Assembly: GCA_029548445.1 (NCBI GenBank)
Contig: JAKPNJ010000156.1
Location: 1-57,365, forward strand
From: Bacillota bacterium
GTDB taxonomy: Bacteria > Bacillota > Clostridia > Saccharofermentanales > UBA5734
Reading direction: 5' to 3'
DNA: 57,365 nt
Part shown: one piece after another, positions 43,968 through 51,948 of the stretch
How positions within the stretch are numbered: position 1 is the first letter of the stretch
Layout of the letters: each line of letters starts with the position of its first letter
Notes under the pieces: generated by a model
Seen by the model: the letters and a program-made list of their open reading frames with translations, nothing else
Database searches by the model: none
Told to the model about the DNA's origin: nothing
Translations under genes and position numbers: made by a program

Positions 43968-45286
43968 ATATCCTTCTCCTGCACACCCATGACTCAGGGC
44001 GCTTCATCCAGCCGTATGGCTGCGGAATCCCGACGCCCCATCTCATGGACCTGGCCCGGGACGGCACCCTGTTCCGCCACGCCTTCTGTGCGGGCCCGAC
44101 CTGTTCGCCCAGCCGGGCCGCCCTCATGACAGGCATGGCGCCACATACCTGCGGGATGCTGGGACTGGCGCACAGGGGCTTTCAGCTGGATGACGGCTCA
44201 ACACACCTGGTGTCATACCTGAATGACCGGGGGTTTGAAACCGTTCTGTGCGGTATCCAGCACGAGGCGCCCCAGGAGGGAAGGATCGGGTATCGGAGGA
44301 TCCTGCGGGATCGGAACGGCGTCCGCCATCCCGGCGCACCGGAGAAGTGGGCCGAATGGGATGTGGGCAATGCCCGCCGTGTCGCGGACTTCCTCCGGAC
44401 TCCGGCCGACCGACCATTTTTCCTGTCCTTCGGTATGGTCAACACCCACCGGCCCTTTCCGCCCATCGACAGCGCCATCGACCCGGCGTACGTCCTGCCG
44501 CCGTTTCCCATCCCGGACAACGAGGGGAATCGGAAGGACATGGCCGGATTCCTTTCCTCGATGCGGGTGGTCGACCGATGCGTGGGCCTCGTCCTGGAGG
44601 CCTTGCGGGAGACAGGGCGGGCCCGCGACACCCTGGTGCTCTTTACGACCGATCATGGCATCGCATTCCCGGGCATGAAATGCACGCTCCATGACACGGG
44701 TATCGGCGTATCCCTGCTCCTCCGTCTTCCTGGCGGAGGAAACGCGGTCAGGAGTGTGGATGCCCTTGTGTCCCACCTGGACATTTTTCCGACGATCTGC
44801 GACCTGCTCGGATTCGAACCGCCGCCCTGGCTCCAGGGCCATTCCCTCCTGCCCCTCCTGGAAGGGAAGACGGACCGAATCCGGGACCAGGTCTTCGCCG
44901 AAGTCACCTTCCATGCGGCTTACGAGCCCATGCGCTGCATCCGGACGGACAGGCACAAGCTGATCCGGCTCTATGATACCGACACGCGCCCCGTCCCTGC
45001 CAACATCGACGATGGGCCCGCCAAGGCGTATTTCCTGGATCATGGAGGCCTGGTCGAAGCCAGGCAGCCGGACATGCTGTTCGACCTGGCTCTCGACCCG
45101 GTCGAGAGGATCAACCGGGTGCATGACCCCCGATACCGGACCGTTTATGCCGACCTGTCCCGCCGGCTGGAAATTTGGATGCGGGAGACGAAGGATCCGC
45201 TCCTCTCCGGACCTGTCGGGAAGCCGCCGGGCGCCCTTGTGAACCGTCGCAGCTGCGTCAGTCCCGAGACGGAGGAGTACGAATAG
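43964..45286 (+). CDS. S1-family sulfatase, no signal peptide
   Basis: About 440 aa. SD TAAGGAG. MNILLLHTHDSG ... GPTCSPSRAALMTG (canonical C-x-P-x-R). ATGA overlap with the upstream gene (43964-43967). Confidence 0.9.
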   Translation: MNILLLHTHDSGRFIQPYGCGIPTPHLMDLARDGTLFRHAFCAGPTCSPSRAALMTGMAPHTCGMLGLAHRGFQLDDGSTHLVSYLNDRGFETVLCGIQHEAPQEGRIGYRRILRDRNGVRHPGAPEKWAEWDVGNARRVADFLRTPADRPFFLSFGMVNTHRPFPPIDSAIDPAYVLPPFPIPDNEGNRKDMAGFLSSMRVVDRCVGLVLEALRETGRARDTLVLFTTDHGIAFPGMKCTLHDTGIGVSLLLRLPGGGNAVRSVDALVSHLDIFPTICDLLGFEPPPWLQGHSLLPLLEGKTDRIRDQVFAEVTFHAAYEPMRCIRTDRHKLIRLYDTDTRPVPANIDDGPAKAYFLDHGGLVEARQPDMLFDLALDPVERINRVHDPRYRTVYADLSRRLEIWMRETKDPLLSGPVGKPPGALVNRRSCVSPETEEYE

Positions 45287-45295
45287 CACAAGGAC

Positions 45296-45328
45296 CTGCC
45301 CTGGCGCAAAAAAAACTGCCCTGGCGCA
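45296..45328. repeat. 13-bp direct repeat CTGCCCTGGCGCA x2 separated by an A-run
   Basis: Copies at 45296-45308 and 45316-45328 with AAAAAAA between them, starting 10 nt after the sulfatase stop. Confidence 0.8.
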
Positions 45329-45351
45329 GGACCCGTCCGTCGGAGGCCAGG

Positions 45352-45399
45352 CGGGATCCGACCGGGATCCGTCCGGGATCCATCCGGGATCCATCCGGG
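45352..45399. repeat. 11-bp tandem repeat x4, each unit containing GGATCC
   Basis: CGGGATCCGAC CGGGATCCGTC CGGGATCCATC CGGGATCCATC CGGGG, in the convergent intergenic region. Confidence 0.85.
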
Positions 45400-45425
45400 G
45401 GTGTCCGGGAGTTGTCCGCGAATCG

Positions 45426-47024
45426 TCAGGTTGCGTCGTCGTTGTTTCGGACGACCAGCCGGTCCACCTCCCTACGGGCGACCTCCCGGCCGTCCGGGAA
45501 GCGCAATGTCATCTCCGGAATTCTCCCGCCCTCCCGGACAGAGAGCGCGACAGTCCAGCGACCGTCCCCATTCCGGTCGACCCCGATATCGGCCCGGACG
45601 ACGCCCCGACTCGTCAGGATCGGCCAATTTTCCGCCCGGAGGCCCTGCCAGGAGTCCGGCAGTCTTGGCACGAGCCGGATCGAGTCCGCAAACCGGTCGT
45701 CGACGCCCAGCATCATGCGGGCGAGTTTCATGGGCTCCGCCACATTGACGAGATTCAGCTTCCAGCACCCGATCTCGATGTCGCCCCGGAATTCGGGAGA
45801 GAAGTTCCGTTCCGTAAACCAGAAATTCCGGACCGGACCCTCCCAGTCGATGTCGGCCCGGTTGTCCGCCAGCTGGCGGATGATTTCCGCCGAGGGCCGA
45901 CCGGATGAATAGGTCGAGGCCGCGATCCAGGTCATGACCTTGTCCAGCAGGTCGGTTCGGCCCAGGAGAATCATCGTCTGGGCGGCGAAGCAGTCGCAAT
46001 AGGAAAGCCACGAGGCGTTTCCCGGCAGCCAGGCCGGATCGTCGGACACGACGAACGTGCACATGCCGAACTTCCCGAAAAGCTCCCTGCGAACGGAAGA
46101 CGCGCCGTAGACCTTCCCTAGGGTGGCCGCCATCGTGTCGGCCAGGGGAGGGGAGATCCGTCCGGGCTCGAATCCTTCGGCGTCGGCATGGGCGCTGGAG
46201 GCGCCGTTGATGGAGGCGGTCCCACGGGTATAGGGATGACGCAGGAACGCGTCTCCCGGCTGCATGGTGGCCGGGTCCAGCGCCCAGATCCAGGTCCCGT
46301 CCGAGGGATCCGCGAGATGGCGCAGGATGTGTTCCTGCAGCCGGTCGGCGTCCTGCCGAAGGGCGCCGGCGCCTGCGACCCGTCCCATCGCGGACTCGAT
46401 TTCGGCGCAGGCCAGCAGGGCCTGGCGGACCAACCGGTTCTGGACGACGTTGTACCAGTCCCCGTTGACGATCCATCCTCCTCCAAATTCGCCGGAACCG
46501 GAGACCAGGGGCTCCGTCTCCAGTTTTTTCGTGATGAGGGCGATGGGAGACCTTGGCCCCAGGATGTGATTGTACAGCTTGTCCCTGAGGGGGGAAGGCC
46601 CGAGGCGCTGCCAGAGGCGCGCCATGCCGGTCACGATGGCCGCAGTCCCGTCCATCTCGTCACCGAAGCCGGATGACCTGCCCCTGAACAGGCAAGGATA
46701 GGAGACATACCCTTCGGGATTGGGCTGCACATGCTCCATCAGGTACTCGGCGATGAGGCCGGCTTCGTCCCGGTATCCCCACAGGGCTGCTTCCCGCAGG
46801 AATCCTCCGGCATCACGGGTCCAACAGGTATCATCCCAGAAGTGGCCCGGAATCGACGCCCGGATGAATCCGGCCGGGAGCCGACCTGTGTCCCGGGACA
46901 CAAAATTATACTGCAGGACGCCCCGGATCGATTCGTCCACTTCCCTCGAGAACAGCTCGGCCGCCTGGGTTCCCAGGAACCGGATCTTGCCTGCACTGGC
47001 TTGTCGATCGTCCTGCATGCCCAC
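45426..47024 (-). CDS. uncharacterised six-hairpin-like glycosidase candidate
   Basis: 532 aa. HFWDDTCWTRDAGGFLREAALWGY (W.RD helix motif) and a coherent non-low-complexity sequence throughout. No signal peptide. No family name recognised. Confidence 0.5.
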   Translation of the reverse strand: MGMQDDRQASAGKIRFLGTQAAELFSREVDESIRGVLQYNFVSRDTGRLPAGFIRASIPGHFWDDTCWTRDAGGFLREAALWGYRDEAGLIAEYLMEHVQPNPEGYVSYPCLFRGRSSGFGDEMDGTAAIVTGMARLWQRLGPSPLRDKLYNHILGPRSPIALITKKLETEPLVSGSGEFGGGWIVNGDWYNVVQNRLVRQALLACAEIESAMGRVAGAGALRQDADRLQEHILRHLADPSDGTWIWALDPATMQPGDAFLRHPYTRGTASINGASSAHADAEGFEPGRISPPLADTMAATLGKVYGASSVRRELFGKFGMCTFVVSDDPAWLPGNASWLSYCDCFAAQTMILLGRTDLLDKVMTWIAASTYSSGRPSAEIIRQLADNRADIDWEGPVRNFWFTERNFSPEFRGDIEIGCWKLNLVNVAEPMKLARMMLGVDDRFADSIRLVPRLPDSWQGLRAENWPILTSRGVVRADIGVDRNGDGRWTVALSVREGGRIPEMTLRFPDGREVARREVDRLVVRNNDDAT

Positions 47025-47273
47025 CCCTACCGATAAAGTTCATTCATGATTGTATCGCGGTCATTGTGGCCAGGCGAATGCCATGCGGTCCGACAGGATC
47101 ATTGGGAGCGGATATGTCCCGAGGACTGATGGAAATATCCGGAGAAGAACCTCCCCGCCCCCCTACCCCCTCCGCACATCCCCCCCTGTCCGTCCCTCGG
47201 GAACATTTGTCCGCCCTCCTTCGTCCAAGAAGTGTCCGGATCGCCGGATACTTGAGAGAAGGAGGGATGTACG

Positions 47274-48002
47274 ATGACCCGATGGATCCGTATCCAGGCC
47301 ATGCTCCTCGTTGCAGCCCTCAGTCTGGCCGTGGGGTGCTCGGGCGCCGGGGGGGACAACCAGGCCTTCGCCCTCGATGTCGTTCCGCAGGCCCTGAACG
47401 GATTCTCCATTGCCGGACAGCATTGCGTCTTCCTGGTGACCATCGACGATGAAGGCGAGGCCGGCAAGGTCCCCGTCACGATCACGGCATCCGCCGACGG
47501 AGCGGAGGTCACGATCCTCAACAAGGACATCCTGGAGGGCCAGGTGGCCGAAGTGGTCGTCATTCCCGACGCGGCCAGCGTGGGCAAGTCCGTGACAATC
47601 TCGATCCAGGGGGCCCGGGGTACCGCCTCGGACCAGGCGTTCGTCACCTTCGAGGTCATCGAGGGCGAGGACGACCGGAAGGAATACGCCGCGACGCTCC
47701 TGGCCAAGTTCATCCCCTGGCTGGCCGAGAACCACCCGGAATTCGGCATCCAGGCGGACACCGAGTGGACCGGCACCATGGTGAGCCCCCAGTGGCTGGT
47801 GGTGTCCCACTACCTGTTCTTCTCGGAGGAATGGGAGCTCCACATCCAGTGGCACATCATGGTCGCCCCCAGCGACTGGGCCCGCATCGACCTGCGCCAC
47901 TGCTTTGACGAAACGGCGCCTTCCTTCGCCTTCGAGATCAGTTCCCTGGAAGCCAATGACACCCCGATTCCCATCGAGGTGCCCGACGCCATCTGGCGCT
48001 GA
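47274..48002 (+). CDS. hypothetical lipoprotein
   Basis: SD GAAGGAGGG before ATG 47274. MTRWIRIQAMLLVAALSLAVGCSG lipobox. 242 aa, with an Ig-like first half. No family recognised. Confidence 0.6.
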   Translation: MTRWIRIQAMLLVAALSLAVGCSGAGGDNQAFALDVVPQALNGFSIAGQHCVFLVTIDDEGEAGKVPVTITASADGAEVTILNKDILEGQVAEVVVIPDAASVGKSVTISIQGARGTASDQAFVTFEVIEGEDDRKEYAATLLAKFIPWLAENHPEFGIQADTEWTGTMVSPQWLVVSHYLFFSEEWELHIQWHIMVAPSDWARIDLRHCFDETAPSFAFEISSLEANDTPIPIEVPDAIWR

Positions 48003-48058
48003 TGCCCCTTGGAAAGAGCCGGCTGCGTCCGCCGACCCGGTCCGGAGTGTGGCTCATG

Positions 48059-48092
48059 GCCCGGAAGCCGCCCGAAATGGCGGCTTCCGGGC
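48059..48092 (+). terminator. strong hairpin downstream of the lipoprotein gene (no U-tract)
   Basis: Perfect 14-bp stem GCCCGGAAGCCGCC - cgaaat - GGCGGCTTCCGGGC. Confidence 0.45.
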
Positions 48093-48363
48093 GCATGAAC
48101 AAGCATTTGACCCGGTATTTTCACGCGAAACCCCTGTTTTTTCGGCCAGGACCGGCGTATACTTCTATCAGAACCCAAAGCGATAAGGGCAAACCCGTCG
48201 AAAGGCGGGGGCGCAAAGCTACAGGGCCTTCCGGCGAAAGCCGATGGCAGCCAGTTGCCGAATCTTGTGTTCTTCTTGTTTAAGGAGGGAGAGGGACATT
48301 CGGATCGCTTCAGGGCGACACGCTCGAACGGCCTGTGGGCCGTACAGGAAAAGAGGTGCGCTG

Positions 48364-49470
48364 ATGAAGAAGTGGAAACTGAAATGGATTGCTCTCCTGC
48401 TGGCCACCCTGGCGATGCCCCTGTTCTCCATCGCAGGATGCGCCCTGAATCCCTGGTTCGAGGATCCGGAGCTCCAGGCGCCGGTTCTGGCCAGGACCAT
48501 CCGGATCGTCACGATCGACATCAATCCCAGCATCGTCCTGACGGTGGACGAGGAAACTCGGACCGTCCTGGAGGCCGAGGCCGTCAATCCGGAAGGCCAG
48601 GCCCTCCTGGATGAAGTCCCGGTGGAAGGCCAGCCCGTGGAGGACGCCGTGGGCGACCTGGTGGACGAAGCCGTCGACCAGGGCTACATCGATCCCGAGG
48701 ACGCCGGGGATGCCGTGGCCATCGGGGTGTCCGATCCGATGACCGAAGAGGAGCCACCTGCGGAAGAGCCCCCTGCGGAGGAGCCCCCTGCGGAGGAGCC
48801 GCCTGCGGAAGAGCCCCCTGCCGAGGAGCCGCCTGCGGAAGACCCCCCGGCGGATGAGACCGGCGACGACCTGGCCGACGACCTGGGCGATGCCGCCGAG
48901 GAGGCCCTGGAAGAGGCCGGTGCCGATCCCGACGTGGAGGTGTGCGTCTCGGAAATCGCCCATGAGCGCATCGCAGCCGCCCGGGAACTGGGGATCTCCC
49001 CCGGCAGGCTGCTGCTGATCGACCGCCTGGCCGGGCTGTCCGACATGACCCGCGAAGAGGCCCTCGCCCTCTACAAGGAGGCCAAGGTCCGGGTGATCAT
49101 GAAGGAAACCAACCGCCTGCGCAAGGAAGCTAAGGTCGGCCAGGGCGACGATGGCGAAGAGCCTGGGGAGGAGCCGGAGGAAGAACCCGGCGACGAACCG
49201 GAGGAAGAGCCGGAAGAGGACCCGGACGTCGAGGAACCGGGGGAGGAGCCTGGCGACGAGCCCGAGGAGGGCGATGAGGCCGAGGGCGACGAAACCGAGG
49301 AAGGCGACGAATCCGACGAAGGCGACATGGACGTGACCGAAGAGGACGAGGGGTTTGTCAGCCTGGAGGCGGCCGAGGAACTGCACGGAAAGACCGTCGG
49401 CCAGGCCCGCTCCCAGGCGGCCCGGGCCGCCGCAGCCGCGCGCAAGGCCCTGAAGCAGAAGAACCGCTGA
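48364..49470 (+). CDS. hyper-acidic repeat lipoprotein
   Basis: About 368 aa. MKKWKLKWIALLLATLAMPLFSIAGC lipobox. The segment IVTIDINPSIVLTVDEETRTVLEAEAVNPEG is reminiscent of the extracytoplasmic segment of RsgI-type anti-sigma factors. It also has (EEPPA)x7, a long E/D/P/G tract and a basic C-terminal tail. Confidence 0.65.
   Translation: MKKWKLKWIALLLATLAMPLFSIAGCALNPWFEDPELQAPVLARTIRIVTIDINPSIVLTVDEETRTVLEAEAVNPEGQALLDEVPVEGQPVEDAVGDLVDEAVDQGYIDPEDAGDAVAIGVSDPMTEEEPPAEEPPAEEPPAEEPPAEEPPAEEPPAEDPPADETGDDLADDLGDAAEEALEEAGADPDVEVCVSEIAHERIAAARELGISPGRLLLIDRLAGLSDMTREEALALYKEAKVRVIMKETNRLRKEAKVGQGDDGEEPGEEPEEEPGDEPEEEPEEDPDVEEPGEEPGDEPEEGDEAEGDETEEGDESDEGDMDVTEEDEGFVSLEAAEELHGKTVGQARSQAARAAAAARKALKQKNR
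48748..48852 (+). repeat. 15-bp in-frame tandem repeat x7 encoding EEPPA
   Basis: GAG GAG CCA CCT GCG and six variants, ending with GAA GAC CCC CCG GCG. Confidence 0.9.
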
Positions 49471-49557
49471 CCGATCAAGGCCGGCGAACCGGCCCGATCA
49501 TCGGGAACGGGCGCCGCCAGGTACAGGAAAACCACCAGCCGGGCAGAAGGCCCGGAC

Positions 49558-49599
49558 AGAAAGCCGGGGAGGGTCGAAGGGCGTCCCCCCCGGCTTTCT
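49558..49599. terminator. hairpin between convergent genes (possible bidirectional terminator)
   Basis: AGAAAGCCGGGG - 18-nt loop - CCCCGGCTTTCT, with short T-runs on the plus side. Confidence 0.45.
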
Positions 49600-49647
49600 T
49601 CAGTGCTCCCGGCCTTCATACGGACGCCGACCAATTGAAGGACCGCC

Positions 49648-51048
49648 TCAAGGGTCCATGCCGTCCAGGATGACCTGGCGGATGGAATCCAGGGTCATGG
49701 CCCCGATCTCGACCATGCGGCAGTTGTAGTCGATGGCCCTGGCGTCGGGCGGGTAGCCCAGTAGGGACTCGAACAGCGCGATGAAGTCCCGGCGGGTGGC
49801 TTCGGGATCGAATCCGGGGATGCGATGGGCTTCGATCCAGGCCCGGTGCTCCCGGACCAGGATGTCCAGGGCGGTGGCCGGATCCCGGGACCAGTAGGGG
49901 TTGGCCAGCCACTGGCGGATGCAAACCTCCTCCGGGATGACGTAAAAGACCCGCTCGTAGGACTCGACGATCAGGGCCCGCCGCTCGGCCTCCGATAACA
50001 CCGCCTTCGGCATGCCGTCCAGGATGGCCTGGCGGATGGAATCCAGGGTCATGGCCCCGATCTCGACCATGCGGCAGTTGTAGTCGACGGCCCTGGCGTC
50101 GGGCGGGTAGCCCAGGAGGGACTCGAACAACGCGATGAAGTCCCGGCGGGTAGCCTCGGGATCGAATCCGGGGATGCGATGGGCCTCGATCCAGGCCCGG
50201 TGCTCCCGGACCAGGATGTCCAGGGCGGTGGCGGGATCCCGGGACCAGTAGGGGTTTTCCAGCCACTGGCGGATGCAGGTTTCCTCCGGGATGACGTAAA
50301 AGACCCGCTCGTAGGACTCGATAATCAGGGCCCTGCGCTCGACCTCGGACAGGGGTATCGGCGTGGGGGTGGCCGGCGTGGGGGTCGTCGGAGTGGGGAT
50401 GGCCTGGACGGGCGGGACCGACGGGACGGGGCCGATGCGGAACTGGAAGGTGGCGCCCCAGCCCGTCTCATGACCCGTGGAGCGGTCGATGGCGTTCACG
50501 TTGAAGTTGTACAGGCCATCCGCCAGGGTGCCGCCATACCGCCAGCGGGTCTCGGAAATCCATCCGCTGTCCACCGGCGTCGGGCAATCGTAGAGCGAGA
50601 CCCGGTACTCGACCCGCCCGCCGGTCGGCGCCAGAAAGACAGTCCAGGCCAGGGTCGGGACGGTACCGGAGGGGAAGACGGACTGGTTCGCCGGTTCCAG
50701 GGGCAGGGAGTGGGTGGCGGATGGATCGGGCTGGGGCGCCGATGTCGGCTGGGGCGCCGATGTGGGTTGGGAACCGGACGGCGGGGGAACAGGCGGCGCC
50801 TGTGTCGGGGATGGGGCCGATCCGCCGGTGTCCACTGTCGCCGGGGTCGGGATCAACAGGCTGTCCTGGGGCTGTTCGGGATCGAACCAGGCTCCGTCGC
50901 CCTCTCCGGAGCTCTCTCCGGAGAAATGGACGACACCCCCGTTCCAGTCGATGAGATCGGCCCCGACGGCCAGCCGCAGCAGGATCGCCACCGCGGCGGC
51001 CAGGGCCAGTGTGACAAGGATCCGGTTTCGCAGGCCAGGGTGTTTCAT
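49648..51048 (-). CDS. secreted protein with Pro/Ser/Thr linkers, an Ig-like domain and a duplicated C-terminal domain of about 115 aa
   Basis: 466 aa. N-terminal signal/anchor RNRILVTLALAAAVAILLRLAV. SD GGAGGCCTCCCC upstream. The two C-terminal domain copies differ at only 6 residues. Confidence 0.7.
   Translation of the reverse strand: MKHPGLRNRILVTLALAAAVAILLRLAVGADLIDWNGGVVHFSGESSGEGDGAWFDPEQPQDSLLIPTPATVDTGGSAPSPTQAPPVPPPSGSQPTSAPQPTSAPQPDPSATHSLPLEPANQSVFPSGTVPTLAWTVFLAPTGGRVEYRVSLYDCPTPVDSGWISETRWRYGGTLADGLYNFNVNAIDRSTGHETGWGATFQFRIGPVPSVPPVQAIPTPTTPTPATPTPIPLSEVERRALIIESYERVFYVIPEETCIRQWLENPYWSRDPATALDILVREHRAWIEAHRIPGFDPEATRRDFIALFESLLGYPPDARAVDYNCRMVEIGAMTLDSIRQAILDGMPKAVLSEAERRALIVESYERVFYVIPEEVCIRQWLANPYWSRDPATALDILVREHRAWIEAHRIPGFDPEATRRDFIALFESLLGYPPDARAIDYNCRMVEIGAMTLDSIRQVILDGMDP
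49651..50352 (-). repeat. 354-bp in-frame tandem duplication inside the CDS
   Basis: CATGCCGTCCAGGATG... recurs at 49657 and 50011 (period 354). By manual alignment there are about 20 mismatches over about 340 nt. Confidence 0.9.
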
Positions 51049-51072
51049 GGGGAGGCCTCCTTCTTCTTTTCG

Positions 51073-51867
51073 TCACCAGACGGTGAACGGACGAGTGGCG
51101 GATGTCCAGGAACCGGTGGCCGTCACCATGCGCACATAGATGCGATACCGCCCGGCCGGGAGGTTCCGGTACACGCCGTCGAGATAGGACCGGCCGTCGA
51201 AGGACCAGGTAAAGGACAGGGCGTTGACGACCCGGCCGGCCAGGAAGGTCCGGACGATCCGGTTGGACGCATCCAGGATCACGATGTCGCTGCGGACGTT
51301 CCGGAGATTGGTCCCGATGCGGATGGTCATCCAGGTTCCGGACCGGAGGGTATCGGGCGCGAGGATCGAGAGGGTCGGCGGCCGGAACACGACCCGGTAG
51401 AACACGGAGGAGGCGACCGGCACCCTGCGCTCGAAGGCGGCCTGGCCGCTCCATTTCCAGTTCTGCTCCACCAGGACGGCGTCCCCGCCCTCGACCCGCT
51501 TGACGATGGCGGAGTGGGGACGGCCGCTGTCGAAGTAGAGATCGCCGGTTCGGGGGGTCGCGGTCCGGACCAGGGCGGCGTTGCCGGAGAGGACCGTGGG
51601 CGTTCCGTACCGGACGAGGCCGGCGACAGTGACGTTGTAGAGGTCCTGGTAGAACCGCTTGCAGTAGGCCGCGCAGCTGTAGAAAGGATCCGTGTCGGCA
51701 TAGGCCTGGGTGTAGTAGGTGCCGATTCCGAACAGGGAATCGACCGGTTGGGCCGAGGTGGGGATCGGCACCCAGGCGGCGGAGACGAAGACGGGGGCCA
51801 GGAGCAGGACCAACAGGCAGCAGAGGGTTCGGACCAGGAGCGGGAGGGGTCGACGATCGGTGTTCAT
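51073..51867 (-). CDS. secreted CHAP-like cysteine peptidase/amidase with C-terminal Ig-like domain
   Basis: Signal peptide LVRTLCCLLVLLLAPVFVSAA. Candidate catalytic Cys in FYSCAAYCKRFY and His in GRPHSAIVKRVEGGDAVLVEQNW (the EQNW ending is CHAP-typical). Only 24 nt separate its stop from the start of the next minus-strand gene (49648..51048). Confidence 0.55.
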   Translation of the reverse strand: MNTDRRPLPLLVRTLCCLLVLLLAPVFVSAAWVPIPTSAQPVDSLFGIGTYYTQAYADTDPFYSCAAYCKRFYQDLYNVTVAGLVRYGTPTVLSGNAALVRTATPRTGDLYFDSGRPHSAIVKRVEGGDAVLVEQNWKWSGQAAFERRVPVASSVFYRVVFRPPTLSILAPDTLRSGTWMTIRIGTNLRNVRSDIVILDASNRIVRTFLAGRVVNALSFTWSFDGRSYLDGVYRNLPAGRYRIYVRMVTATGSWTSATRPFTVW

Positions 51868-51948
51868 GATGGTTCCTCCTTTCGTGGGCCGGACCCCTCG
51901 TCCGACCCTGCCCTCAGGGTATCCGGCGGACCACGGCCCGGTTCATTT

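Noticed and set aside
45352-45399. CRISPR array or mobile-element end, suggested by the tandem repeats at 45352-45399, 9361-9396 and 48748-48852.
   Set aside because: The units are 11-18 bp and directly abutting, without spacers. No cas genes, transposase or terminal inverted repeats are nearby. One array is an in-frame coding repeat.
47140-47205. C-rich tract (CCTCCCCGCCCCCCTACCCCCTCCGCACATCCCCCCCTGTCCGTCCC), giving G-runs on the minus strand and possible G-quadruplex potential in a divergent promoter region.
   Set aside because: G/C homopolymer runs are common at this base composition. I cannot evaluate G4 stability or conservation by eye, so it is noted but not claimed.
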